A DNA stretch of 63,991 nt, filler included, from Acetivibrio sp. (lineage in GTDB: Bacteria > Bacillota > Clostridia > Acetivibrionales > Acetivibrionaceae): the NCBI RefSeq assembly GCF_035371925.1. It is 14 parts of 14 records of this genome, joined end to end, with 100 filler letters (N's around TTAATTAATTAA, not from the genome) between each part and the next. Parts side by side here need not be neighbours in the genome. Positions count along the whole stretch, not along the records: positions 35,857 to 40,429 come from NZ_DAORXT010000143.1; positions 40,530 to 44,957 come from NZ_DAORXT010000144.1; positions 45,058 to 49,208 come from NZ_DAORXT010000146.1; 11 more parts are not named here. One strand, 5' to 3'. The notes beneath the pieces were generated by a model, which saw only the letters and a list, made by a program, of their open reading frames with translations, was not told the origin of the DNA and did not search any database. The translations under genes were made by a program, and so were the position numbers. Shown here piece by piece: positions 39,882 through 49,308 of this stretch. Numbering within the stretch: position 1 is the stretch's first letter; each line of letters starts with the position of its first letter.

Positions 39882-40057
39882 CTCCTGAAGAATTTCCAGA
39901 ATTTTATTACTGTTTTGACTACTTATGGTGTGACACTCCTCTACATAAAATTGTGTATATATAGTATCTTCTATAAAAGAAAAATTTATTCCGAATCAAT
40001 GCCCTCCACTTTGGAAATTGCCCTCTGCTTATAGAAATTGGAGTATTTTTGGCCTCG

Positions 40058-40273
40058 CTATAATTTTCTGTCCATAATACGGCCTCCCAAAATACCCAAA
40101 GCTATCCCAAAAAATGCAAATGAAAATGTTATTGTACTGTGCCAAAGCATAAAGCCTATTACCGAAAGTATGCCACCTATAGCAGCCCCCACAAGCATTC
40201 CGATTTCGGTAAAGTTATATCCGTCCATCCTTAAGCTCCCTCCATATTTTCCATACAAGCGGCTTGGATACAA
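40058..40273 (-). CDS. Small 2-TM glycine-zipper-like membrane protein
   Basis: GMLVGAAIGG and GIALGILGG; the true start may be MDGYNF. Confidence 0.55.
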   Translation of the reverse strand: MYPSRLYGKYGGSLRMDGYNFTEIGMLVGAAIGGILSVIGFMLWHSTITFSFAFFGIALGILGGRIMDRKL

Positions 40274-40377
40274 ACGTCTTAATATACCTGCTCATTTTAA
40301 TATCTAATAATTAGACGATATTCTTTGTGAAAAGTTCTATTTTTTCATAAAAAAATACAATAAAATCTCCATAATTT

Positions 40378-40429
40378 GGTAAGTTGTAAAATTAATTGCC
40401 CAAACATGATAAAAAAGAAGTGACTCAAA
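40378..40429 (+). mobile_element. IS terminus, copy 2
   Basis: Identical 52 bp to 35704-35755, again at a contig end. Confidence 0.7.
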
Positions 40430-40529
40430 NNNNNNNNNNNNNNNNNNNNNNNNNNNNNNNNNNNNNNNNNNNNTTAATTAATTAANNNNNNNNNNNNNNN
40501 NNNNNNNNNNNNNNNNNNNNNNNNNNNNN

Positions 40530-41377
40530 TACCACTCCAATGCTTCCAAGGCATCTGCTTTGTCCTGCTCGGTGGTAACGGTATAAAGGTTTGTAGTCAT
40601 GATATTCTCATGCCCAAGTATCTGCTGAATCGTTGTAATGGCTGTCCCTTCCTTGACCAGCTTATATCCAAGCGTGTGTCTTAACTGATGCGGAGTAACC
40701 TCAACATTCACTCTCTTGCCATACTTATCAAGAATAAGGTTGATTGCATTCCGTTTCAAAGCCCCTCGCTGGCCTATTAAAAGGAAGTCACTGTCATCTT
40801 TAGGCCTTACTGCAAGGTAATCCTGAATTGCTTTCCTGACATCCTTGTTCAATGGTATTGTCCTGTTTACGTTTCCTTTGCCGATAACCCTCAAAGAGCC
40901 TTTACGTTCGGATATTTCTATATCCCGAAGCCTTATGTTGCAGAGTTCACTCACCCGAAGCCCTGTTCCAAGCAGGATTTCTATGATGCATATATGCATT
41001 TTGTTCCTGTTTCTGTGTATCTCGGCTCGGAGCTTCCTCAACTCCCTTTCCTCCAAGCCTTTATACTGGCGGGCATCCCGATTCTTTACTGGTTTTATTT
41101 TTATTTCATCAGGAGTTGTTCTGCTTTCATAAAGCCACTTGAAAAAGATATTGATACTGGAAATCTTTCTGTTGACTGTAACCACCGATTCACTCGTATT
41201 GAGCAAGTACTTCTTATATTCAATGGCATCAAGTTCAATCAGCTTATCAAAACCGCAATCTGTCCTGCTGCTGTACCAATCAATAAAAGCCTTGCTGTCC
41301 CTGATATAGCAGCTAATAGTATTCCGGCTGCGTTCTTTACTTCTCAAATATGCTTCAAAACCGCTTAAATCAAGCAT
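40530..41377 (-). CDS. Tyrosine recombinase (XerC/D-like), stop codon clipped by the contig end
   Basis: TGLRVSEL, GKGN, PHQLRH, LGHE, TNLY: complete R-K-H-R-H-Y set. Confidence 0.93.
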
Positions 41378-41538
41378 ATAGGCACACCCTCCCTTTATTT
41401 GGTGTGTCCATATTACCTCTGTAATGCCTTGAAGTCAACTCAAGACATAATCCTAATTATGCATTGAAATCAGGCTTGTTTCAGGCATTTTTATATATAA
41501 AACCGGCATTTATCCCGGCGAAAACTGACGACATAAGA

Positions 41539-42246
41539 TTATTGAATATACTCCTCATCGGTTCTCGGCTGCTCATCTTCGCTGTCAATAATATCATCTT
41601 CTGTTTCAAGCTCACCGTTTATCATTTGCAGGAACAATTTCTTCCTTGCTTCCTCATTCTGGCTTGTATCCAATATGAGTTCCTTCTTATCGCTCCATTC
41701 CTCTGGCATACGGTTACGAAGGAAAAACGCTATTGCCTGAGCCGAAGGCGGCTGGTGCCGCTTTATCTTTTCAATCTTGGTGCGCTTCTTGCCATTTTTA
41801 TCTTCTTCCACAATGGTCTTGAGTTCCTCATAGTCGTAGCCGGTGCAGAGCTTCAATAATGATTTTTCCACTTGATTACATAACACGCTCCTGCCCATGT
41901 TTACAAGTTCCATGAGGATTTCATGCTCTCTGCAATAACGATACCAAGTATCAGGAGAAATCGCAAGTTTACTGCAAATCTCTCTAACTGTCGCCCCATT
42001 AACCAGCCAATCCTTTATGTCAGACAATTTCGGCAAAATTACCGTATTCCACTTATCATCCTTTTTTAATATTTTCGCTAATTGTGGATGCTTTTTTGTA
42101 TAATCATCCAAAGCCCACAGGCTTATATCAAGCAGCCTTGCAATTTCAGCTTTGGTGCATCCTTCATCAACCCACTTTTCTATCTCATCAAGTCTTGGTT
42201 CAACATGCGTGTAATATTTTGTAAGCACACTATTTGCCATATTCAC
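41539..42246 (-). CDS. Tandem-HTH protein, phage small-terminase-like
   Basis: Two HTH segments, LLKLCTGY, PPSAQAIAFFLRNRMPEEWSDK resembles clostridial prophage TerS-like proteins. Confidence 0.6.
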   Translation of the reverse strand: MNMANSVLTKYYTHVEPRLDEIEKWVDEGCTKAEIARLLDISLWALDDYTKKHPQLAKILKKDDKWNTVILPKLSDIKDWLVNGATVREICSKLAISPDTWYRYCREHEILMELVNMGRSVLCNQVEKSLLKLCTGYDYEELKTIVEEDKNGKKRTKIEKIKRHQPPSAQAIAFFLRNRMPEEWSDKKELILDTSQNEEARKKLFLQMINGELETEDDIIDSEDEQPRTDEEYIQ

Positions 42247-42270
42247 TTCACCTCCTCAAAAAAACAAAGC

Positions 42271-42370
42271 NNNNNNNNNNNNNNNNNNNNNNNNNNNNNN
42301 NNNNNNNNNNNNNNNNNNNNNNNNNNNNNNNNNNNNNNNNNNNNNNNNNNNNNNNNNNNNNNNNNNNNNN
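42271..42370. other. Intra-scaffold gap (100 N, no stop linker)
   Basis: Only N-run without TTAATTAATTAA, so its flanks are probably truly linked. Confidence 0.85.
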
Positions 42371-42549
42371 TCATCAAACTCCTCAATCAAATGCTCATCC
42401 AAAGCCCAGAACCGAACCAGTTCAACGTACATATCCCTTATCTGCCTTAAATCCTCCTGGGCATCCTCTAAGCCAAGCACACATATTTTCTCATTTGCAG
42501 TTGCCAGCAAGCCCTTCAAGGTTTCCCTTATTAAGTTTTCAGTTCTCAT
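42371..42549 (-). CDS. Small hypothetical prophage protein, 3' end in gap
   Basis: AAGGGGA RBS, MRTENLIRETLKGLL... Confidence 0.6.
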
Positions 42550-42753
42550 CTCTCAAAATCCCCTTTCCTTATTTGGTTAGGTAGTACATTACCTCAAAAC
42601 CAGCCTGAAAGTAAAGTTGAAATATATATCCATTTCACCCATTTATACCTTCGCCTATAAGCCGGCTATTAACTGCAAACCCAGCAACTATACCACCAAT
42701 ATGAAAATATCGCCTCACAAGCCCACGTGAAGCGATATTATATCGATAGTCCG

Positions 42754-43515
42754 TCATTTTGTTGCAATATCTACTTTTTTATCAGGCTTTTTGCCGCTTC
42801 TGAAGGCAGAGTTCCCTTCCAAGTTTTCAAGCAATATTTTCCTTGTATCCTTGTACTCATCCCCAACCATACCAAGTCTAATAAGGAAAACCCTGAAGGT
42901 AAACTTGTCGTTATCGGTATCCTTGGCTTTAGCGGAAACATGCTTTAAAGTTTTGGCATTTTGGTTCAATAATGCTACAAGCTGGGTATAGGCTTTTACC
43001 TTTTCAGGACTTGCTTCCCCTTCTAAAAACTTGAAGGTAATGGTGTTGTTATTAAAATCAAAGGCAATCCCTGGGCAGCGTTTTTCTCCAATACCCTCTA
43101 TGGCTGTTTTTATATCCTCTAATGTTTCCGTTTTGGCTTCATTGATACCTATGCAAAAATCATCCTCAATAATATTTGCTGTAAGCCCTAATGATTTCTT
43201 GATAAGACCCTGTTTGCTGTAAATCATATTAACCAGATTTCTTAAAGTGATACTAGTATGACCTTCCATTGGAACTGCAATTTCAAAGGTTGCTGTCTCT
43301 GCTGTAGGCTTGCTTGTTTCCTTTTCATTCTTTCCATTTAATATACTATCAAGCTCCACTTCTATCCCTGCCGAAGTTGTAATCTTCCCTGCTCGGTCAA
43401 TTGTGTAAGTTTCTTCCGCTGTTTCAATCTGATAAGCGAAACTCGGCGCTCCCATGTACTTTGGCTCAACTCCAAAATGTTCTCCCAATGCCTTAACGAT
43501 TTCTTTTCTTTCCAT
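42754..43515 (-). CDS. Conserved clostridial prophage/ICE protein (often labelled virulence-related protein)
   Basis: KYMGAPSFAYQI, TLRNLVNMIYSKQ, NDKFTFRVFLIRLGMVGDEYKDTRKILLENLEGNSAFR. Confidence 0.75.
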   Translation of the reverse strand: MERKEIVKALGEHFGVEPKYMGAPSFAYQIETAEETYTIDRAGKITTSAGIEVELDSILNGKNEKETSKPTAETATFEIAVPMEGHTSITLRNLVNMIYSKQGLIKKSLGLTANIIEDDFCIGINEAKTETLEDIKTAIEGIGEKRCPGIAFDFNNNTITFKFLEGEASPEKVKAYTQLVALLNQNAKTLKHVSAKAKDTDNDKFTFRVFLIRLGMVGDEYKDTRKILLENLEGNSAFRSGKKPDKKVDIATK

Positions 43516-43684
43516 AATATAAAACCCTCCATTTCATGATTTGTGTACTACATTAATCACTCAAAAAGCACATTAAATCAAGTAAAATGAAGGGTTTCAG
43601 GCTTTTTTTATCTTTTCTAAAACTGTCAATTATCCTAAAAAATATTCGGACAGATAGAATGAAAGACGATATTTGCTGACAATA

Positions 43685-44941
43685 TTAGACTGCAACCTGC
43701 TCACGCTTTATGTCCGCATACCTAATCTTTTCTCCATCCCTCAAAACAAAAACATCAGCATCGCTGCCGACTTTATCAATGTATCGCTTTACAATTACAT
43801 CTGCATATTTTTCATCCAATTCCATCATTCTGCACCTTCTATCCGTTTCTTCACAAGCTATTAGTGTAGTGCCCGAACCACCGAATAAATCAAGCACAAT
43901 ATCTTTCATGTTGCTGCTATTCTTGATTGCTCTAACAACAAGCTCCACAGGTTTTGTTGTCGGATGCAGTTCAGATACAGATGGTCTGGGAATATCCCAA
44001 ACATCACATTGCTGTCTGTCAGTCAATGGATGAAGCCTTGCAGAGCCATCACTCCAGCCATACCATATTGGCTCATACTTGGTATGATAATCCTTTCTTG
44101 AAAGTACCAGCCTATCCTTATTCCAGATTATTGTTGATGACCAGTGGTATCCATTCTCTTTCAAAGAAAGCATCAAGTTTCCCCACTCCTGAGCAGACAT
44201 AACAACATAGGTCATGCATCCAGGCTTAGAAAACTTATTCATTACCTTAAAGGCAGAATCCAAAAACTTTTTAAATTCTTCAGTAGTCATTGAATCATTG
44301 AGAATCGTCCTTTGTTTCCAGCTTGGATGCTCTGTTGCGCCATAATTCACATTCCATGGCGGGTCAGTGAATACCATATCAGCGAAATCTTCCCGCATTA
44401 AAGCCGCAACATCGCTTTCACTGCAAGCGTCGCCACACATTAGCCTATGTTTACCCAACAGCCAAATATCTCCCCTTTTTGTTACCGGCTCTTCCGGCAG
44501 TTGAATATCAAAATCATCATCTTTATTTTTGTTGTTTACTTCCTTCAATAAATCAAGCAACTTTTCACATTCGCTCAAATCAAATGCAGTTAAGGATAAA
44601 TCGTAGTCAGCAAGCTTTAGTTCTTCCAGTTCCTGAGCCAATAGCTCAAAATTCCACTCACTGTATTCAGCAGTTTTATTGTCAGCAATCCTAAATGCTT
44701 TTACCTGTTCGGCTGTTAAATCATCAGCCCTGATCGTAGGCACTTCCTTCAATCCGAGTTTTTTTGCAGCCAACAGGCGGGTATGTCCTGCAATAATTTC
44801 ATTATTCTTATCAATAATAATTGGATTCCTAAAACCGAATTCTTTAATGCTTGCAGCAACTTTATCTACTGCTTTTTCATTGTTTCTCGCATTATTTGCA
44901 TACGGAATCAGCTTTTCTATTTGCAGTAATTCGATTTGCAA
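43685..44941 (-). CDS. ParB/Srx-domain fused to a beta-class N4/N6 DNA methyltransferase (phage type)
   Basis: LIPYANNAR...GHTRLLAA (ParB), TDPPW (motif IV), HPTTKP, DLFGGSGTT (motif I). Confidence 0.92.
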   Translation of the reverse strand: MQIELLQIEKLIPYANNARNNEKAVDKVAASIKEFGFRNPIIIDKNNEIIAGHTRLLAAKKLGLKEVPTIRADDLTAEQVKAFRIADNKTAEYSEWNFELLAQELEELKLADYDLSLTAFDLSECEKLLDLLKEVNNKNKDDDFDIQLPEEPVTKRGDIWLLGKHRLMCGDACSESDVAALMREDFADMVFTDPPWNVNYGATEHPSWKQRTILNDSMTTEEFKKFLDSAFKVMNKFSKPGCMTYVVMSAQEWGNLMLSLKENGYHWSSTIIWNKDRLVLSRKDYHTKYEPIWYGWSDGSARLHPLTDRQQCDVWDIPRPSVSELHPTTKPVELVVRAIKNSSNMKDIVLDLFGGSGTTLIACEETDRRCRMMELDEKYADVIVKRYIDKVGSDADVFVLRDGEKIRYADIKREQVAV

Positions 44942-45206
44942 TCCACTTCACCAGCCTNNNNNNNNNNNNNNNNNNNNNNNNNNNNNNNNNNNNNNNNNNN
45001 NTTAATTAATTAANNNNNNNNNNNNNNNNNNNNNNNNNNNNNNNNNNNNNNNNNNNNATATTATAATATAAAGGCAAAAGACGATTTAAGTAAATTTAAA
45101 ACTAGATATGTTGTTTAGCATAGTCGAATTAAGAAAATTTTCAAAGAAAATATGAATTTACCTAACATTTTATATGTTGATAAAAAGATGAGGTGGGGGT
45201 TAAAAA

Positions 45207-45986
45207 ATGAATGAACGTGTTATAAAAGAAATTCAAAATACGATAAAAGCTCAAAATGTTAAAAATGTAGCTATATTTGTAGATTTTGATAATATCTATT
45301 ATGGTATGAAAGATTATGGCATAAATTGTGAGGATGTAAACTATTGTATTTTTACACTATTAAATAAGCTATATCCAAAAGATATGATTAGAACGATGAG
45401 AGCGTATGCTGATTTTGACCAGGTTAAAGTATCATTAAAATTGCTACAATCAAAAAGAGTACAAATTAGAAATGTATATGGAAATGGTAAAGAAGAAGAA
45501 CATAGAAAAAATGCCTCTGATATAGAACTATCAATAGATGCAATTGAAACTTACTATAAAGATAATAATATTGATACATATGTTTTTTTAACTTCAGATA
45601 GTGATATGATACCAATAATGAGTAGAATGCTTTATAAAGGTAAGTTAGTGCATCTATTTTATTTGAATGGGCATACTACACAATATCAGAATATTGGAGA
45701 GTATTGTCATTTATCATATGATTTAATAGAAATATTTGAAATCGATATCAACAGAAGTAAACCCGAGTATTGGAAAGATGCTGCATTAACAGAAATAGAT
45801 AATTGGTATAAAATAAAAGCAGGTTCAAATAAGCTATTAGGTGGAAAATGGTTAAATGAACTATTTTGCGAAAAGTTAATGCTTTCACGTAAATTATCAA
45901 GTGCTTTAATTGACTACTTAATTGCAAACAACTTTATTGAAGAAAAAACGAATGATACAGGCGCAAAAGGGTATATAATAAAGTAA
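45207..45986 (+). CDS. NYN-domain (LabA/DUF88, PIN-like) ribonuclease with C-terminal helical/wHTH extension
   Basis: AIFVDFDNI, KNASDIELSIDA, FLTSDSDMIP acidic motifs; very AT-rich. Confidence 0.88.
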   Translation: MNERVIKEIQNTIKAQNVKNVAIFVDFDNIYYGMKDYGINCEDVNYCIFTLLNKLYPKDMIRTMRAYADFDQVKVSLKLLQSKRVQIRNVYGNGKEEEHRKNASDIELSIDAIETYYKDNNIDTYVFLTSDSDMIPIMSRMLYKGKLVHLFYLNGHTTQYQNIGEYCHLSYDLIEIFEIDINRSKPEYWKDAALTEIDNWYKIKAGSNKLLGGKWLNELFCEKLMLSRKLSSALIDYLIANNFIEEKTNDTGAKGYIIK

Positions 45987-46020
45987 ACGGATATATAATA
46001 AGAATAGAATAGTTACTATA

Positions 46021-46049
46021 TTGACAATTTTTGCGTATTGCCATATAAT
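46021..46049 (+). promoter_or_regulatory. Perfect-consensus SigA promoter
   Basis: TTGACA (46021-46026), 17 bp, TATAAT (46044-46049). Confidence 0.85.
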
Positions 46050-46060
46050 AATAGTAGATT

Positions 46061-46132
46061 AATGGTTCGTAAAACTTATAGGTTCAAGATTTTTAAGGTT
46101 CAAATCATTTAGAGTTCAATAATTTTAGGGTA
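46061..46132 (+). repeat. Four to five imperfect tandem repeats, 16-17-nt period, core GGTTC; candidate ncRNA or operator array
   Basis: Cores at 46064 GGTTC, 46081 GGTTC, 46097 GGTTC, 46113 AGTTC, 46129 GGTAA. Confidence 0.7.
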
Positions 46133-46134
46133 AG

Positions 46135-46173
46135 GAAGAAGTCTACATTATGCGAGACTTCTTCTTTCGTTTG
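46135..46173 (+). terminator. Rho-independent terminator closing the repeat transcript
   Basis: GAAGAAGTCT-10-AGACTTCTTC then TTTCGTTTG. Confidence 0.8.
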
Positions 46174-46311
46174 TTCATATAGTAGAATGAGATAAAACCT
46201 GCGAATATCCTCAATGCTATGCAAGCCCATGGTGCTAAAGGGTTAGAGAACCTTTAAAAACTCAAGGAAAATTGGAGCGAAAATGAGGGGTCACCTTTCA
46301 AAAGAAAAACA

Positions 46312-46461
46312 ATGAGAAAGGCAATAGCTTTAGCGGTTATTCCTACCTGTATCTTCTTGCTAAGCGGTTTTCTATTAAAACATTGGCTTCCAGTCTCGGC
46401 ATCGGTATTGTTTGGTGTAGGGCACGTCTATGTTACATATCAAAATCATTTGATTCTTTAG
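46312..46461 (+). pseudogene. Probable C-terminal fragment of a membrane protein
   Basis: MRKAIALAVIPTCIFLLSGFLLKHWLPVSASVLFGVGHVYVTYQNHLIL*; no clear RBS, higher GC than its flanks. Confidence 0.4.
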
Positions 46462-46542
46462 TGTTTTAATTTTCAGGTAAATGCTGTATAATTGCATTAT
46501 CAAGGGAAGGAAGTATATTGGCTTTTAGGGAGATTGGGAAAA

Positions 46543-46863
46543 ATGGGTGTAATTAAATATAACAAACTTGTGAGAGACAGAATACCGGAGATTATTGAAA
46601 AGAGCGGCAAGAAGGCAATTGTTGAAGAACTTGAATGTTCAGACTATAAAAAATATTTGGATGTAAAACTGGGTGAAGAGCTAGAAGAATATCTTGCAGG
46701 AGACAGCGTGGATGAACTGGCCGATTTGGTGGAAGTTGTTTATGCAATATTGAAATATAAAGGTGTCGATATCAAGGATTTTGAAAGTATAAGGAAAAGG
46801 AAGGCCGAAGAACGGGGAGCATTTGATAAAAGGTTGCTACTAAAAGAAGTCATCGAGGAGTAG
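46543..46863 (+). CDS. MazG-like / phosphoribosyl-ATP pyrophosphohydrolase-like nucleotide pyrophosphatase
   Basis: YNKLVRDRIPEII, KLGEELEEY, ELADLVEV, RKAEERGAF; start moved to 46543. Confidence 0.88.
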   Translation: MGVIKYNKLVRDRIPEIIEKSGKKAIVEELECSDYKKYLDVKLGEELEEYLAGDSVDELADLVEVVYAILKYKGVDIKDFESIRKRKAEERGAFDKRLLLKEVIEE

Positions 46864-46865
46864 GG

Positions 46866-49142
46866 GTGTTTGGTATGGAAAAGGAAGTAAAATATACTTC
46901 CAGCTTGGGAAGTGTTGCTGAAGATTTGTTTATGGAAATTTTCTGTGATGTTTTCGGACCTGAAAAAACACAATATATTTCCGCACAACATCCTTTTATA
47001 GACATATACGGTAACAGGAGATTTATTGACTTTGCCTTAGAGAGCGATAACTTGAGAATTGCAATAGAAATTGACGGAGAAAAATTTCACAATCCCAATA
47101 AAGTTTCCCAAAACAAATATTATGATGACCTTCTGAAGCAAAACAGCTTGATATATAACAATTGGAAAGTGTACAGATGGGTGTATGCCCAATTAAAGAA
47201 TCAGAGAGAAAAGGTAAAAGACGAGTTAATGACCTTTATCGGCGAAATGCCCGAGTTCAGGATGCTGGAGGATTATCTGCCGAAACAGAAAGGGAAAGTA
47301 ATAGAGCTTAAAGACCACCAGCAATCTGCCATTGAAAACCTCCAAAAAATGAGGGGCAGCGGGGAGAGTATCGCACTTTTGTACCATGCAACAGGTACGG
47401 GGAAAACTGTAACGGCGGCCAGCGATGCCAAGAATTTCGGTGAAAGAACCCTTTTCCTGGCTCATACCCGTGAGCTTGTGTCGCAGGCTAAAAGTACATT
47501 TGAGTATATCTGGCCGGAGAAAAAAAGCGGCATGTATGTGGCGGAACAAAAGGATGAGAATGCTTACGTGGTATGTGCAAGCATACAAAGCGTTGTACAG
47601 AATCTTGAACGGTTCAAACCGGATGATTTTGGCTACATCATTATTGATGAATGCCATCACAGCATCGCAGATACGTACAGGAAAATACTTGGATATTTCA
47701 AACCGAAATTTACTCTTGGGCTTACTGCAACTCCCGAAAGGGCTGATGGCGAGAACTTGCTGGAGCTGTTTAAAAATGTTGCACACAAACTGGATTTAAA
47801 AACGGCTGTTGAAATAGGTGAACTGACTCCAATCCGGTGTATCCGTGTCAAAACAAATGTGGACCTTTCCAGTGTCAGAATCAACGGTATCAAGTACTAT
47901 ACCCAGGATCTTGAAAGCAAATTGTTTGTTCCGGAAAGAAACAAAATTATTGTTGATACATATCTTCAATATGTGAAGAACAAAAAGACCGTTGTATTTT
48001 GCGCATCGGTAAAGCATGCGGAGGAAATTGCAGGGCTTTTCAGAGACAATAGTATAAAATGCGAAGCCGTATCGGGAACACTAAATAAAACAAAAAGAGA
48101 ACGTATATTGAAAAACTATGAAAATGGGGATATCGACGTGCTGTGTGCCTGTGACCTGCTCAATGAAGGATGGGACAGTCCGAGGACAGAGGTGCTTTTC
48201 ATGGCAAGGCCGACAATGTCCAAGACCCTCTATATGCAGCAATTGGGCAGAGGAATGAGGAAATGTGAAGGCAAGGAATACCTTATGGTATTTGACTTTA
48301 TAGATAATGCAAATATGTTTAATATGCCGTATTCCATTCACAGGCTTTTAAACTTGAAAGAGTACCGGCCTGGGCAGTTGGTGCTTGCTCCGCAGAAGCA
48401 AATTGAGTTTGAGCGGGATTTGTGGGCAAAAGGGGAAAAGCCTGAGGTATGTTTGGATTTTCCTGTGGATGTGACGGATTATGAACTGATTGATTTGTTC
48501 AACTGGCAGGAAGAAGTCAAGGATATGATATCACAGCTTGAATTTGTCAGAATGGTGGATGTCCAGAGCGAGACTATTGAGAGGTATATCAGGGAAGGAA
48601 AGATAAAGCCTGATTTGGAGGTTCCCATTGGAGATAAACGAAGCTTTAAATATTTTAAAGAGGAAACGGTTAAGAAATATGCCTCCGAATACGGCTGGGA
48701 CTTGATTACACCTGCCAATATGAAGGATAAGTTTATGGACATGGTAAAGGCCATGGATATGAGTTTTTCCTACAAACCTGTACTTCTAAAAGCTATGTTT
48801 GACCATGTCGATGAGAACGGAAGGGTTAGGGTTGAGGATATTGTAGATTATTTTATAGAGTTTTACAGTGACAGAAAGGATAAAGGTTTGGTTGTGGAAA
48901 AGAAGAGCAGTATATTTTGCAAGGAGGGCTTTACCAGAAAGGAAGTGGAAAGAAATATCTTTGCCAATCCTTTCAAGAGATTTGAAGATATGCGTTTTAT
49001 GAAACGGTGCCGGGAGATTGAGTATGTGGAATTTAACAGGCATGTGTTCAAAAAGTTGACGAAAGATGATATTGAGTGGATCAAGGAGCATTGTGACAAG
49101 AAGCTGGAGGAGTATTACGGAAGAAATATTTTTAAAAAGTAA
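46866..49142 (+). CDS. DUF559/Vsr-like nuclease fused to SF2 (DExH) helicase, MerR-like HTH and C-terminal domain
   Basis: IDFA...IEIDGEKFH nuclease; ATGTGKT, DECHH, TATP, QQLGRGMR helicase motifs; YKPVLLKAM near the C-terminus. Confidence 0.88.
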   Translation: MFGMEKEVKYTSSLGSVAEDLFMEIFCDVFGPEKTQYISAQHPFIDIYGNRRFIDFALESDNLRIAIEIDGEKFHNPNKVSQNKYYDDLLKQNSLIYNNWKVYRWVYAQLKNQREKVKDELMTFIGEMPEFRMLEDYLPKQKGKVIELKDHQQSAIENLQKMRGSGESIALLYHATGTGKTVTAASDAKNFGERTLFLAHTRELVSQAKSTFEYIWPEKKSGMYVAEQKDENAYVVCASIQSVVQNLERFKPDDFGYIIIDECHHSIADTYRKILGYFKPKFTLGLTATPERADGENLLELFKNVAHKLDLKTAVEIGELTPIRCIRVKTNVDLSSVRINGIKYYTQDLESKLFVPERNKIIVDTYLQYVKNKKTVVFCASVKHAEEIAGLFRDNSIKCEAVSGTLNKTKRERILKNYENGDIDVLCACDLLNEGWDSPRTEVLFMARPTMSKTLYMQQLGRGMRKCEGKEYLMVFDFIDNANMFNMPYSIHRLLNLKEYRPGQLVLAPQKQIEFERDLWAKGEKPEVCLDFPVDVTDYELIDLFNWQEEVKDMISQLEFVRMVDVQSETIERYIREGKIKPDLEVPIGDKRSFKYFKEETVKKYASEYGWDLITPANMKDKFMDMVKAMDMSFSYKPVLLKAMFDHVDENGRVRVEDIVDYFIEFYSDRKDKGLVVEKKSSIFCKEGFTRKEVERNIFANPFKRFEDMRFMKRCREIEYVEFNRHVFKKLTKDDIEWIKEHCDKKLEEYYGRNIFKK

Positions 49143-49308
49143 TTGCAGAGGATTTTTTATTTTAAAATTGGTACTTGCAAACAGTAATGGTTATATTATA
49201 ATAAGTATNNNNNNNNNNNNNNNNNNNNNNNNNNNNNNNNNNNNNNNNNNNNTTAATTAATTAANNNNNNNNNNNNNNNNNNNNNNNNNNNNNNNNNNNN
49301 NNNNNNNN

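Noticed and set aside
43685..45986. Methyltransferase apparently adjacent to the NYN/helicase cluster, resembling an R-M system
   Set aside because: A spacer at 44958-45057 separates them; they are different contigs.
46062..46112. 16-codon ORF MVRKTYRFKIFKVQII within the repeat RNA
   Set aside because: No RBS and it starts about 6 nt after the predicted TSS; a leader peptide is not excluded but is unsupported.
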